Shown here: one piece after another, positions 14,394-28,412 of the stretch
How positions within the stretch are numbered: position 1 is the stretch's first letter
Layout of the letters: each line of letters opens with the position of its first letter
Origin: Ruditapes philippinarum
Taxonomy: Eukaryota
Direction of reading: 5' to 3'
DNA length: 64,000 nt
Assembly: GCF_026571515.1 (NCBI RefSeq)
Contig: NW_026855269.1
Location: 62,001-126,000 of the forward strand
Notes under the pieces: generated by a model
Database searches by the model: none
Told to the model about the DNA's origin: nothing
The model's input: only the letters and a program-made list of their open reading frames with translations
Made by a program: the position numbers and the translations under genes

Positions 14394-16510
14394 ATCCATT
14401 GATCTTGTAAATCAAAGTGAACAGTGATTGTCTACAATAACAAATAAATACTTCTCTTGAAATTGATGTGGTTTTTTTTATCATGATTAAATATTGACAT
14501 ATACCTAATATTACATTTTAAACTTTTTGTTTGGGTTAAAACACTTAATTTTTAACGAATATACTAAGATTAAGTACACGTATTGATCTGTGTACCCGCA
14601 TCTCAAACAAAGAAAGAAGAAGGAAACAAAAACTGTCGAAAAGGACATATTTTGGAAATCTTCAGTGAACCGAACTTGTTATAAGAATAAAAATGGCCGT
14701 GTAATCAAAGACGTGAACATAGTACATAGACATTACGCTTAAACAAAGCAGACTTCGTATAAAAGGATAATGATACAGGGGTTATATATAATAACCTAGT
14801 CATTATTAAAAAAGAATTAAAATGATCAATACCTTGGTAACATTAAGGGTCATATTATCCTGATTTATTGTCAATATGGAAAGCAAATCATCAACGTCGA
14901 TTATTTATCTTTGTTGATCCGAGAGCCTTATTCTATTAGCTTATAGCATCCAACACGAACTAAAATAAATCGTATAAACTAATTATCTGGTTAACTTGAC
15001 GCTTTATTTCAAAAACGACGAAACAACAATAATTATATATCTGAAATCAAGCAAGCGAAATTCTCCAATTATATTAATAAACTTGAATACAATATTTGAC
15101 AAAGCTATAGCTTTCAAACATTGTTTGATTAAGATTTGATAATGATTTAAATCTACGATAACAATCTATATAAACGGTCTATCGTAGATGCTATGTTTTG
15201 CCCATCAACTCAAATCAAATGTAATATATCGGACTTGCAATCACCGGACTTGACATTCCTGAATTTCACGAACTTTTGCATACTTTCTTCTCCTCATCAG
15301 CAAGTCCTTCGTGTATTTAGGTTCAACATTATTAACGAAGTATGATTCCTATTTCATAAACAGGTGAAACTAACAAACATATTTTTAACATTAAATATTC
15401 TACTACAAATAGAAAGAAATCATATATTTTCTAAACACAAACTTAACTTACCTGTTTCTGAAATGATTTACAGGTTTAACATTACATTTTACACATTTCA
15501 TAGAAGTAAGATTCATTTGATCGCGTCTTGTCAATGTACATTCAAAATATTTACATAGTTAACCAGATATAAATCTAAAATTTACAAAGACGTTTATTTT
15601 TTAATTAAATGAGACAAGTTTTCTGTACAATACATCATCTTGTCAAAGGGACATAAACATTATTAAAATTAACTGCATTTTTTACATTTTTTAAAAAAAA
15701 AACCCATTGATTTACCAAATTATTAAGAACTGATATAAAAAGAAAAATTGGTAGTTAATAACAAATACGGAGTTCATTGCATACAGAAAAGCCGATGTTG
15801 AACTATTAAATCCGGATGTAACATTTTACACATCGTAAGGCTATTATTGTGAAGTAATTTTTTATAATTGTTATTTTTTAGAATGTTCAACATTAAATAT
15901 TTTGTAATTCAGGATCTGTGTACAAAAAAAGAATGTTTGATTAACCAGACAACAAATTACTTCATGTGTTGCTTAAATATAATTCCCGTTTTATGTGTTG
16001 TACATGCACCGTTTAATTGTTGTTGTTGTTGTTGTTCTGAACAATATTTATAGTAATGTCCATTGTTCACGAGGATTTTTGATTACTTTTTCATTACAAC
16101 AATTGTGGTAAAATGTTATTTTTTAATTTTTACCTGACCATTGACCATTTACATTTGTATGGGATTCATGTCCTTTTAAATTGCAATGCTTTTTCAATTT
16201 TGCTTAATTTTTTCACAATTATGATAATTATTCTAGCAAAATGGAGTGAGCGAATGATCTAAAAAATTTTGAACATAATTTACTGGTCTAGACTACATTA
16301 AAGGAAATCTAAATCTCTAAAACATTTGTAGTCCCGCCATGTCAAAAAGTGGAGTCCCTTTTATGCTGTCACGATAATCCTTTATTTCAAGCCTATTGTT
16401 TTTAACATATAAAATGCTATACAATGGAGATTTTAACTAAAATTCGTAGCTATAGTTAATGTAATTCTAGGCTAGATATAGATTAAAAGCAGATATAATT
16501 ATATAATTAG

Positions 16511-17830
16511 GGGTATGGAGGTGTTGACCACAGCAACAAACGATGGTGCTTGTGGAGTTATTTTACAGAAGGGGTACTATTATATTATCACAGGTGAGAT
16601 AAAACTTAATAAATATAATAGAAAAATCTTTAGAATTCCGCTTCAGAAACAAAAGTCAAACTGTTTACTATGATTGACTGTTTCCTTTGACCATATAAAT
16701 TCTACTACAAATGTTGTTAAATGCTCGTTTAAAATAGATACTTCCATAAATTATTTACTTATTTCTGTCGTAGATTTCTTTTAAAAGTTAATGTATACAT
16801 TGATTTACATAATCAAACGTAGCTTTATTTAAACCACAATTTGATCTTAGGTAAATAACTTAATGATTTATTTGATTTGAACAGGATACTTCCCCAGGTA
16901 TTTAAGACAAAGACAATTGCAGACTTGATTGTGTTATATTCAACAGCGATTCCGTGTTAAACCGCAAAGGGTTTACAAACCGCCAAGATGTAACTGTAAG
17001 TATCAAAGGAATGTCTTGTTCATTTCAAGGCATATTTGTTGTCTTTTCTTAAATGTCCCGTTATCTTCTCGTCATTTCTGTTCAACTGTTATTACGCAAA
17101 CACTATTATGTAACTGTTTCATTATGCTCAGTAGTTAAACTGAAATAGTGATATTTTTGGTCGTTGTTTTTTTTTGTCTGACAGTAGTTGTCTGTATCAT
17201 GTTATTGTAAGCTTTATTTTATCAGCGTTAACTAATGGATACTAAGTGGCTATGTGAAAATGTGTTGTGTGATATCAAAATCGATGCTATTCATTTCGCT
17301 CTTCTGGTGTGGCAAGAAACTTTAATTACGTGTTAAAGAGAACAATGGGGGAAAGTGGCTGTGTAACAAATTAAGTACCCATAAGTTACGACAAATGTCC
17401 GTATGTCAAAATAAGCATATTAATAGGCTTGTCAACACGCCTTTTTATTTTATATTAGAAACAACAGTTTCGCACCAAGCCTTCTATTGAAATACTTCTG
17501 AATAAATTAGGCACCTAAAATTGCATTTATGTAATGAAAAGGATAACAGCCGACAAGAATGTGTTCCATTGTCAAAGATAGGATAGGAATTTAAAAAACA
17601 CATCTATGACATTGTTTGGCATTTTTTGTTTAAAATACTGTCAGCTTAAGATACCAGTCTAGAACTCAAATGATTATCGGTTTATCCAATAACTACAAAC
17701 AGCAATATAAAACATACCAATGTATTTATGTTAATTTTGTTCAATTTATTTGTAGGTATTTGACGCTGCTGTGGTACTTAGTAAAGCATCGTGAATTGTT
17801 TTAGCATCTGGTGTTTATTATTTATAAACA
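16511..17830 (+). pseudogene. TIMP/NTR-like type A pseudogene (exons 3-5 only)
   Basis: Exon 3 (16511-16593) lacks 14 nt relative to the paralog at 22469, causing a frameshift. Exon 4 (16885-16995) has TGA at 16926-16928 in place of GGA. Exons 1-2 are absent. Confidence 0.88.
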
Positions 17831-19168
17831 CTTTTCCCTAAAGTTGTGTTTATCATTTTTACACACTTTCATACATCTTGATGACAGGTTTTGTTCTTTG
17901 TGAAGTTAAAGAAAGCCTTATTATTTCAGTTGTAATTGTAATAATGTTTGGAAAAAATAGCTCTGTACTTGTAAACCTATAAAAAAAAAAGGTGCCGCTC
18001 CCAGTATTTTATATATGGACAGTATATTTAAAGCACCAGAAAGCGTGCATTATATAGCCTGATTTTCTTATTTACGTCGTTTGTACAGACAAGTAAAATG
18101 AGTGGATTTGATGTAGACTAGAACAACTGGAGCACAAATAATTGAAAATTAATTAAGGGCCAATTATTTTTCAAACCTATTTATTTTTTAACTTTGAACA
18201 GTTTCCAACAAAATATATATATATCTTTCGCTTCTTTTGCTCTTAAGAAATTTGTATAAGCATAGAAAGTAAGTATTTTGTATGGAAGTCAAAGACGTTG
18301 ATTTTAATTAAATTAGACAATTTTTCTAAACGGTACATAATCTTGTAAAAGGGACATTAACATTATAAAATGCATTTCTATCATTTAAATGAAAACCACA
18401 TACTTAAATAAAATTATTAAGAATTGATACAAAAGATAAAAAAGTAGTTAATAATAAATACGAAGTTCACCGCATAAAGAAACAGCCAATGCTAAACTAT
18501 TTTAACCGGATGTAACACTTTTCAAATCGTGATGCTATTTTTTAATGTAAAATATTTTGTGTAATTTGACCGAATTTCATCCATCAAGTTGTTTATTACT
18601 TATAAACCAATAAATTAGGATATTAAGGTGGCTAATGTGTAAAGTGTCGTACTTTTGTTCCGCGCGGAGTCAGGCAGAAACAGAAAAATACGTATAAGTT
18701 ACATGGCATAAATCAGCCACTATAGAAAATTAATATTCACTAGCAGGATATTATTTTTTAGAATGTTCAATATTAAATATTTCATAATCAGGATCTGTGT
18801 CAAACATTTATTTACACAATAAAAGAAAGTTTGATTAACAAGACAACAAATTACTTCATGTAATGCACTTCTTACATACGCGTGTTGCTCAAATATAATG
18901 GCTTTTAATAAGTAGTACGTACATCGTTTGTTTTGTTGCTATTGTTGTATCTGCTGCTGGATTTTCGATCACATCCGGCTTGTTGTTGTTGTTGTTTTAT
19001 TACCATGTAAAAATATGTTCGTCACATTTTTAATTAGCGAATAAAAAGTGAAAACGACCTTGTACCAGTATGCACACTACACGGAACTTCAAAAACGTTG
19101 CTGAGTGGACGCTTGCTTATGTCACGTGCTATGATGCAAATTTATATTTCATTCTTAAGGAACGTTGT

Positions 19169-19291
19169 TATATATAAGTAAAAACAACTGATACTTATAG
19201 CCAAATAATGATAAATTAGCTTAGTGTTAAGACTATTTCGCAGATTCAGAAAGGATTTCACTACAGAAACATAACATTCGTGCAAAGGGAG
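19169..19291 (+). promoter_or_regulatory. TATA box and non-coding first exon of the type A gene at 19781
   Basis: tatatataag at about 19169, donor gag|gtaaga at 19292, and acceptor tttcag at 19760 just upstream of the ATG. Confidence 0.5.
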
Positions 19292-19780
19292 GTAAGATAC
19301 AAATGCAATATATATTTCTATTTAATGCTCATTATAATAGTAAATGTATTTTTTACTTATCGTCAATTTGGTTTTAATTATTTACATGGTAGAATATTTA
19401 ATTAAAGCTTTATAATCGAAAAGTTAATACAATAATGTTTGTTTATGTATTATATATAGAATAAAATGTATGTTGATTATATATAGTTAATATGGCAATG
19501 CATTTGATTGTACATATGTTTTGTAAAATACTGTATTAAAGCCACCATTTCAAAATTTACGCTTTTTAAAATGATAGCTTTTTGAAATACAAAACATGTT
19601 GAATGGTGAACAAAGAAAGTTAAGTAATTAACAATTTACAATAATTACCTAACATTGTCAACAAAAACAATAATTTCTCTCTTATGTACAGGGGAAGAAA
19701 TATTTTGATATATTCTTTAACATCTAATGTTTACAACATTGTTGTCATCATCTGTTTCAGGTACCCGTAAATTCAACAAA

Positions 19781-22700
19781 ATGAAATTCTTATTCTGTCT
19801 TGCTCTAGCTGCCATGGTGACAGTCCAATATTGCAGCGCATGTACATGTAGTCCTAATAATACAGTACAAGAAAAATATTGCAACGCGGACTTCTGTATG
19901 TTTATTATACCTCACATTACCTTAATACTATATAGCCTAATGTGACGTCAAATGATGTTTCGATCCATCATCCTGAAATGAATATCACCCGGATTAATAT
20001 TTTTTTTGCAATATTCTCCAGGGGCGAGTAATCTATATAGACAAAAGAAAACGTAATATTCTAGTCCTCTCCCCTGTTAAAATCAATGAGAATAATAATA
20101 CATAGAGGTAAAAAACATTACATTTAAATAAATCGGTAAAATAAAAAAAAATAGCACTTGTCTTTCTCGGCTCTGTCTAGAGTGTTATTTCAGTTCTCGG
20201 GTTGCTAATATGCACTGTTACCCTGAGAGGCATGTGCTATTTTTAGAATATTGGTTATGTAAATGTTGTCTCTTTGAAGGAACAACATCTGCATTCTTGA
20301 TGGTATCTTTATTAATTGAATTTAACAATCGTAGCTTTAAGCGAATGAAGCTTTCTGTTGCATAAACATGAATCAATAAGTAAAATATAAAGTTCTGAAA
20401 AGAAACATAAGTAGTGTCAAAGAGTGTAAAACTTTCACAGTCGATTTTTTTCATAAATTTAAAAAAAAAGAAATTTAATTGGTTTCATATGTTTTTATGG
20501 TTTATCTGAAAAGCATTTTGACAAAAATTGTCTCATTTATTTTACGTACATAAATTGTATCATGAAATACTTTAGCTTTCCCTCAAAAATATTGAGCCTA
20601 GTTATTCGTGAATACTCCTTTGATTTAGCAAAAATTAGCATCGTTCTTCCCATTAAGATGCTTTGTTATGTACAAAAATGTTATGCAGATTATTCTCAGC
20701 CCAATGTAGCGTTTATCCTCTTTTACTTACTGACCATAGTCTTGATGTATTTTAGAAAGGGTCTCAAATAGTGTCTAACATATCAGTCATAGCCACATAT
20801 CAAGGCATTCAATAGTTTTCTGAAATATGAGGGCCCCCAAAGACAACGTTTACAAAACGAGGTCCTTACTACAAGAACGCATTGCTTGAAATAATGAATA
20901 TTTTCAAAGACAAATCATTGCTTCTCAAAAGCTTTTAATTATAATCCAAAATATTTTGTCCAGAACAATAAACCACATATCACGTTTTTTCTACATTTGC
21001 TTATACTATGATAAATAATGAAAATATTTTTTGGAACAGTGATTCTTGTCAAGGTACTCAACGATGGCATTGTCTATGGCGGGAATAGAGTCTACAGAAT
21101 AAACCTAATCGCTACATACAGATCAAAGGTAAGTTCCTTCTAAATTGAATGTATGTCATAATTAATTTTTCATTATTACAACATTCCGTCGGCAAGAATA
21201 TTTTTTTATTTGTCTTACGAGTATCAGTATTATTTAGAAAATGTGATTCATTACTTTTCTTTCAAAGTTGCCTTTTATTGTTACAAAAGTCAATTTAAAA
21301 CAAGTGTATGACACATGTATTAAAGGTATAGAAAATATACATGCGAAAAGTGTGTAATATTTTCGGTCAAACACTTTAACTAATTTTAGCTATAAAACTT
21401 TTTCAATTTATGTCAGATACATTTTTTCATGCTCCAATGGCTTAGAACCACAAATGCCCCATGTGTTTTTAAACACTTCACCGAGGTCCTTAAGCCTATA
21501 AACATATAACATTTGAACTTCTTATATAAATTAGCCGGACAGAAATACAGAAAACAATTTAGAAATATTTTCAGAAATAAAGCGAAAATTCGTATTTTTG
21601 TGCTATTCTTATCCCGATTTAAAGTTGCATTATGTTTATTGTTTCCATGTCAAGTTGCGTTGCATTAGTAATATATTTCAAAAGATTGGCAATGACAATA
21701 GTGATTGTTTAATAATTGATAATGACAAATGTTTGTGGTACAATATAAAAACTATATAAATTATAAAAAGACAGTCCCACTGTTTGTAATGATGGAATAC
21801 CAATACATCCTGAACGATATATATAGCCATTTCCATTTGTCACGAGGCCATAATAATAAGTATGCCAAATGACTTTTGACACCTGCATTACAATAATGTC
21901 GATTTAAGTGAAAAGAACTGCAACGGATGGGTCATTTTTCACAATTAGAATAATTATTCTAGCAAAACGGAGTGGGCGAATGATCTGAAATTTTGAACCC
22001 AAGTTATCGGTCTAGACAACCTTAATCTTAATAAAACAATCTCGTCATTTCAAAAAATGGAGCCCTTTTAAAAATGCCACGTACTTAAAAATAGAAAACA
22101 TATATTTCGCGCATAGCGGTATGATTGTTATAACACGTGAAATATTTGATATTAGATATAACATCCAATTAATGGGTCTACCGCTAAAGTAATAACACGT
22201 GTAATATTCGATATTCGATGTAACATCCAATTAATAGGTCTAGCGCTTATGAATTTAGTAATTCTTAACCCATGTATGTATACGATTTAATGATATGTTT
22301 TGATAATGTTTTATTTTAAAGTTATTGTTTTTAGCATTTGAAATGATATGCATGCAGCCAAACATACACATAAAGTGTAATGAACGCTTGAAAAATTCGT
22401 AGCTATAGATCTAGTAAATGTCGTTTAAGGATTGATATCGATTGAAAGCAAATATTTCAAATATTCAGGTGTATGGAGGTGTTGACGTCCGAAAATTATA
22501 CACAGCAACAAACAGTGCTGCTTGTGGCGTTATTCTACAGAAAGGGTACTATTATATTCTCACAGGTGCGAGAAAACTATATGAATATATACATTGTAAT
22601 ACTTAGAATAGTCTTTATAATTCAGCTTCATAAGCAAACGTCAAACTGTTTACTATGATTGTCTGATTACTTTGAGCAAAGAAATTCTACTAAAAACGAT

Positions 22701-23767
22701 GGTTAGTTTACTACTTGTTTTAAATAAATACTTTCATTTATAACATATTTATTTCTGTCGTGGATTTCTTTTAAAAGTTTAGATATACATTGATGTAAAT
22801 AAATCGAATGTATTTTTGATTCAGCCACAATTTTAACTAACTTTAACTTAACTTACAATTTATTGGATTTAAACAGGATACTATCCCAGAAATATTAGAC
22901 AGAGGCAAATCCACACTGGACTGTGTTATGTTCAACAACGATTTCGTTTTAATCCGCAGAGGGTTTACAAACCACCAAGATGTAACTGTAAGTAAGAAAG
23001 GAAGGTCTTGCAAATTTTAAAGCATTTGTTGTCTTTTCCTAAATTCCCCGACATCTATTTTCCATGTCTGTCTGTTTTATATTACTCATAAATTCTTAAT
23101 GATACAGTTTTTATGCTCATTTGTTTTAATATGTTCTCATATATTTATATGATTAATCTTAAAGTTGAACGGAAAAATAATATCGTCAGCCAGTAGTTTT
23201 ATGTATCATTTTAATTGGAAGCATTCTTTTATTAACGGTAACTAATGGATACTAAGTGGCTATGTAAAATAGGTTGTTACATATCACAATCGGTGTTATT
23301 CTTCTCGTTCGTGTGGCAAGAAAATTCTATTAGTATTTAAAAGAACAATGGGGAGAGCAATTTGGTAGCAAATTCAGTACCTATAAGTAATGTCTGCCGA
23401 AATAATCATATTTGGGATTTGGTGTAACTCCTTCTTTAGTTACAACCGTTTCGCAACAATCTTTCTATGTATTTTACCCTTCCATTAAATTTCTTCTGCA
23501 TAAATGATATACGTAATAAATGCGTATAGGTAATGATAATGATTTTAGCCGACAAGAATGTGCTTCACTTTCGAAGATAGAACAGGAATTTCAAAAAGTA
23601 CATCTATGACATTGTTTGGCATATTTTTTATAATAAAGTTACCTTTAGACATCATTCTAGAACTTGAATGATTATCGATTTATTCAATAACTACATACAA
23701 CAGTGTGAAACATACCAATGTATTTATGTTGTTTTTGTTCATTTCTTTTTTTCTTCTTTTTTTAGGA
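19781..23767 (+). CDS. Secreted single-domain TIMP/NTR-like protein, type A copy 2 (137 aa). Exons 19781-19895, 21040-21128, 22469-22565, 22877-22987, 23766-23767
   Basis: MKFLFCLALAAMVTVQYCSA-CTCSPNNTVQEKYCNADF|LILVKVL...|LYTATNSAACGVILQKGYYYILTG|YYPRNIRQRQIHTGLCYVQQRFRFNPQRVYKPPRCN*. Exon sizes are identical to copy 1 (115/89/97/111). aataaa at 23834. Confidence 0.9.
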
Positions 23768-24289
23768 TTTTGGTGCCGCCGTGATACTTAGTAAAGTATC
23801 GTGGATTGTTTTAGTATCTAGTGTTTGGTTATCAATAAATACTTCTCTAAAATTGTGTTTATCATATTTACACACTTTCATACATCTTTATGACAGGTTT
23901 TATTCTTTGGGAATTAAAAGCGAGCCTTATTATTTCAGTCGTAATTGTATTTACTGTTGGGAATAGCACTGTGCTTGTAGCCTAGAAAAATGTGCCCAGC
24001 TCAGCATTTAATTTAAGAGCAGAATATTTAAGGCACCAGAAAGAGTGTTTTATAAAGCCCGGTTTTTTATTTAAATCGTTTGAACAGAAAAGTGAAAATG
24101 CCGAAAATTGTAATTAAATGAGCAGGACATAATCACATAACGATAAGCTTTCTACTCAAAAAAATATGTAGCATAACTACGTCATGTTACTTGTTTATTT
24201 TTTTATTTAGACACACTCTTACTAAAACACTCTAAGCATCCAATCTTTCCAATAATTCTGAATATTTAATAGTTCCGGTACAGTTTGCT

Positions 24290-26456
24290 TCAATGAGTTG
24301 GACATGTTAGATCAGTGAAATCGGGACTTGTATCGTATTTATTGTATATACTTTTGCATAGAGCTATATACATGCATTTCTTGTTACCACAATCAAAGTA
24401 GGATCAAGTAATAAAAGAAATATGTGTATTAAACCATAACATAAGTTCAAAATAATCTTCTTAAGGGCCATGGTACTTTTTGTTTGTTTTTATAAAATAT
24501 ATTTAATTACTTTCCTATAAAATCCTATCCTGTTATTGTAATATATAAATATATTTTTTTAAACAAGGTTTTGTATGTTAATGTGTTCAATGTATGAAAA
24601 ATATGAGGAAATTGCCAAGAAACGTTCTCCAATTTTTAACAAAGATAAACAATTTATAGCAGAATATTTAGTGTTTATTTCTAACAACTTTATAAAATAA
24701 GATAAAGAATGTTATGTGCCTACAATATAAGTATTTCAACTTTTCAAGTTATATATTTCGCTCAGAGCTATATGAATTTTACGACTGGTTGTTTCAAACT
24801 AATGAATGATAATAAATGATATAAACATGTTCATGTATATGATCATCATTCCATGTACCTGAGAGTATGTAATATTTGTCCTTAACCAAATTAGTGATAC
24901 CACATTGAGCACTGTCAGTTGCTGTATATACAAAATTGTTCCTGATGTTTCCCGTCACCTGAAGAACAGAAAACAATTTGCTAGCTTGCCACATACCAGT
25001 CTAGTTAGTGAAAATATAGCATACAGCTGAATATAACAATAGGTAAGTCATATCGAGATGGTCATCTTGGAAGCTCACAAGCACGAGTGTTTATTGGCAA
25101 GTAAACCTAAATAAGTAAGTCATTGATAATTTTACTTTATTTATGAACATGTTCATTGAATCTGAATTCATAGCATGCTGCTTTCACAAACGTTAATGTT
25201 ATCACATCTTGTTCAGCTATCAAAGAAAAATTCTCTCATAGCATAAATTGTCAAAAAGAGTTTTCAACATTCTGTAATTCCATAAACATGCTAAAATGAT
25301 ATGCTTTATGTCATCGCTAGATTCTTATGCTTTATGTCATCGCTAGATTCTTTTCCCGTGACCCGGCTACCAGGTCGTCTCGGTGATTTTGTCCGAGTTG
25401 TTTATTGTGACTCATTAGTATAACAGTGGCAATAAATGGAGATATATATATATACGAAAATCATGCAAAACAATAACATTCTTCCATTTGACTTATATGT
25501 TTCATCTAGTCGTACTCTGTACTTCAGTTTACTTTCTACTGCATCATTCGTTGCATTAGATTTGAAGTACACTAGAACAACTGGAAAACAATCATTAAGA
25601 ATTCTTTAAAGGCCCACTGAGTCCATGAAATGCTCTCAACGTTTTTTTTTTCAAACCTATTTTATTTATATACTTGAACAGTTTCCAAAAATACTCATTG
25701 GCTTCATATTCACTTTTCGCTTCTTTTACTCTTTAGCAATTGGTAGAAGTGTAGAGAGTATGTATTTTGTATGGAAGTCAAAATAACAGTACTACTTTTT
25801 ACATTTTCCTACGCTTACGTACCATTACTGCACATTCAGTCATTCAACACTAGTTTTTTTCGTAGTTTCACATCTAAGACGCTCTAAGATAATTATCAAA
25901 ATATTATAAAAACACAAAGCAGACCTACATAAAGAATTAAACAATATTAATTACAGAGGCATAATGTGCCTTTAAGTTCTAGTGTTGTGTTTGGAAGAAA
26001 ATGTTACAATTTAATCAATGAATAGAAACAATGATTTTGTACCGCATCTGAATATATTACAGCTTTGAAAGAAAAACAAATCTAAAAATGCTAAAGCCGG
26101 TAAAGGCACTGTTGACCTTATTGCAATTACTTATATATTTGTATGACTGATTTTGTTAATATAAAACTGAATTTGTTTTAAATGGCATGTAATATTTTCT
26201 TACAAGCTTAATTAAGAAAAATACTTTACATATTTATTCATCTTACATTTACTTCAAGTTGGTAAAAAGAACTTGTTTCTGATTTTTAATTTGTATTAAC
26301 AATGAAGTAAGAGTAATATTTCTAAATTGTATTCTTACCGAATTTTGTGCGAGTCGAGCAAAATTCCTCTTGTTCGGTCGGAAGTGGAAAACCACAAGAA
26401 GATGTATACACATGCGCAATACACGTAGCGAGTAACAAACCAGTCAAAAAGTTCAT
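24290..26456 (-). pseudogene. Divergent inverted TIMP/NTR-like gene, probably a young pseudogene. Exons 26456-26339, 25580-about 25486, 24958-24859, 24405-24290
   Basis: MNFLTGLLLATCIAHVYT-SSCGFPLPTEQEEFCSTRTKF|VVLVYFK...YRVRLDETYKSN|VTGNIRNNFVYTATDSAQCGITNLVKDKYYILSG|SYFDCGNKKCMYIALCKSIYNKYDTSPDFTDLTCPTH*. All frames are open, but Cys1 is Ser, the intron-2 donor reads ggaag instead of gtaag, and the intron-3 acceptor lacks AG. Confidence 0.75.
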
Positions 26457-27746
26457 GCTTCTTGGTCTAAAAAGTAACTTTTTGAATAAAATAATGCATT
26501 TCTATTGAGCTGTAATTGATTGCACTGTGCTAGGTAAACAAACACATGAACCATTACAAACAAATCGTTCAAAATGCTTGTTTGAACGAAATATAGAGGT
26601 ATATTGCCATAGAAGTAAGTAACACGCACAAAATCATTGTTAAACGGTTTAAAAAAGTATTTAAAAAGCAGCATATTTTTTGTTCCGGAACATTGTATTC
26701 TTTTTACGTACAGTATTCATTTGTGTTAAATATTATATCACAACGTTTTCAAGAATCGACAGTAGGATAATTGAAACAATACAATTTAACTGTTAATAAT
26801 TCTTATGAAAATAATCATAAGATATACCCATCACGATTTCAAAACACTTTTATCAGTTTGACATTTATGAAAATCAATATTATGGCATATATCTTTCATT
26901 GAATTTCAAATCAAATGGTGTGCCTTATATTCGTGATATGAACCCCATAGAAATGTAACACCACTATTTTTGATACAGTACCAAGGAATGGCACTATTCA
27001 GTTGAATTATACAAAGAACATATTGATATTTCAACCAAACTTATTCAGTACATGCAACTTCCACAAACCGGCCTTCTGATAAATGATTACTTCTTTACAA
27101 CAACAGTTTTCAAATTTCCCAATTTAAAACTTACAAGTAGAAGCAACAACTCTACGCAACTACCAAAATGTTTGTCTGAAAGAGTTTACATTGTTGAGGT
27201 TGCCCCGTACTTCTCAGACACAACATTTAAATGTACTTGGAGTAAAATCATTTCTACAATATCCGACTCTCTCAACACTATAAATGTTACAATATATCTA
27301 ATGATTACTTATTTGCAATCCCTGGTTAAATGACAAAAACTAATGGTATTAAAAATGAGAGGTGTAAGATATTTGCTAATTGTTTTTGCACAATAAATTT
27401 TCTTCAACGAAGAATATTTATTTTCCAGTATCCTCAGAAATCTCCTATTGCTTACCAGTTAAGAATTTAAATAAACAGTTACATACATTTATCCCATTTA
27501 ATATAAGATCTTTGTTAAAACTTAATTAATCATATTTGTACACCTCATATTATATCCTAAGTACCATAGCGTGATGAAAGTTTGTAGACACATGATTTAT
27601 TTCATTTCATTTTCAATTGAATATTAGCCTAGATATTCGCATGTAAATCATCTTCCATATATTCATACAGTCTCGTTACGAAGCAATTACTTTTCAAGCT
27701 ATTTCATTACTGTTTTATGAAAGTTTTTGTCTGTTCAGCTTGTTCT

Positions 27747-28412
27747 CTATTTTTGCATATTCATCGATTTCTTCCTTTTAATTGACATTTTGCTTAAATA
27801 TTTTGTTGTCGAAACAACATGTCCAACTGTTTTAACTGATCTCTTTATACTATGTTTCTTTACTCGAACTTGAACAGTTTTTACCTGATCCGCTGTGTAA
27901 GTATCCTTTTCTAACGATTCTTTTGTATCGTTTTCGCTCATTTCATCTATTTCAGACGCTTGCCTGACAGGCATTTTTGAATTTGATTTTCTACTCTGTG
28001 TGCATGGAGATTTTTGTACAGGTACGACATCTAATTCGTTTTCGGATTCATGATCGTAGTCAGAATCAGTTTCAACTTTTGTATCTTTTGGCTTAAAAAG
28101 TTCCCTTAATTCATCGTTTATGATATTTTTTCGTATTACATTTTCACTTTCTGCCTCGACGTCCAATCTCTTTAAAGCTATCGGAGCTCTTGCGTGTCTT
28201 TTTATAAGATCGATGTCAATATGAATACCTTCGTTTCCTAGACGGGACACACGTCTTCGTTGTAATTCTTCTTGACGCTCTTTCAACGTTTCCAGTTTTT
28301 CTCGAAACCTTTTTTTCCTTTCATAGCTTTCGGCGTTTTGGACATCTAAAATACGTATTAATTCTTCTAATCGGAGGTTTGTCCGCAAGGCACTTTCATT
28401 TGCGTTAGCCAT
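27747..28412 (-). CDS. Uncharacterised 221-aa protein: N-terminal coiled coil, acidic/disordered middle, basic C-terminus
   Basis: Long ATG-initiated ORF in AT-rich DNA with charged heptads (RKKRFREKLETLKERQEELQRRR). A splice acceptor lies upstream at about 28479, and decayed paralogs lie at about 48.1-48.7 kb and 56.4 kb. Confidence 0.75.
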   Translation of the reverse strand: MANANESALRTNLRLEELIRILDVQNAESYERKKRFREKLETLKERQEELQRRRVSRLGNEGIHIDIDLIKRHARAPIALKRLDVEAESENVIRKNIINDELRELFKPKDTKVETDSDYDHESENELDVVPVQKSPCTQSRKSNSKMPVRQASEIDEMSENDTKESLEKDTYTADQVKTVQVRVKKHSIKRSVKTVGHVVSTTKYLSKMSIKRKKSMNMQK

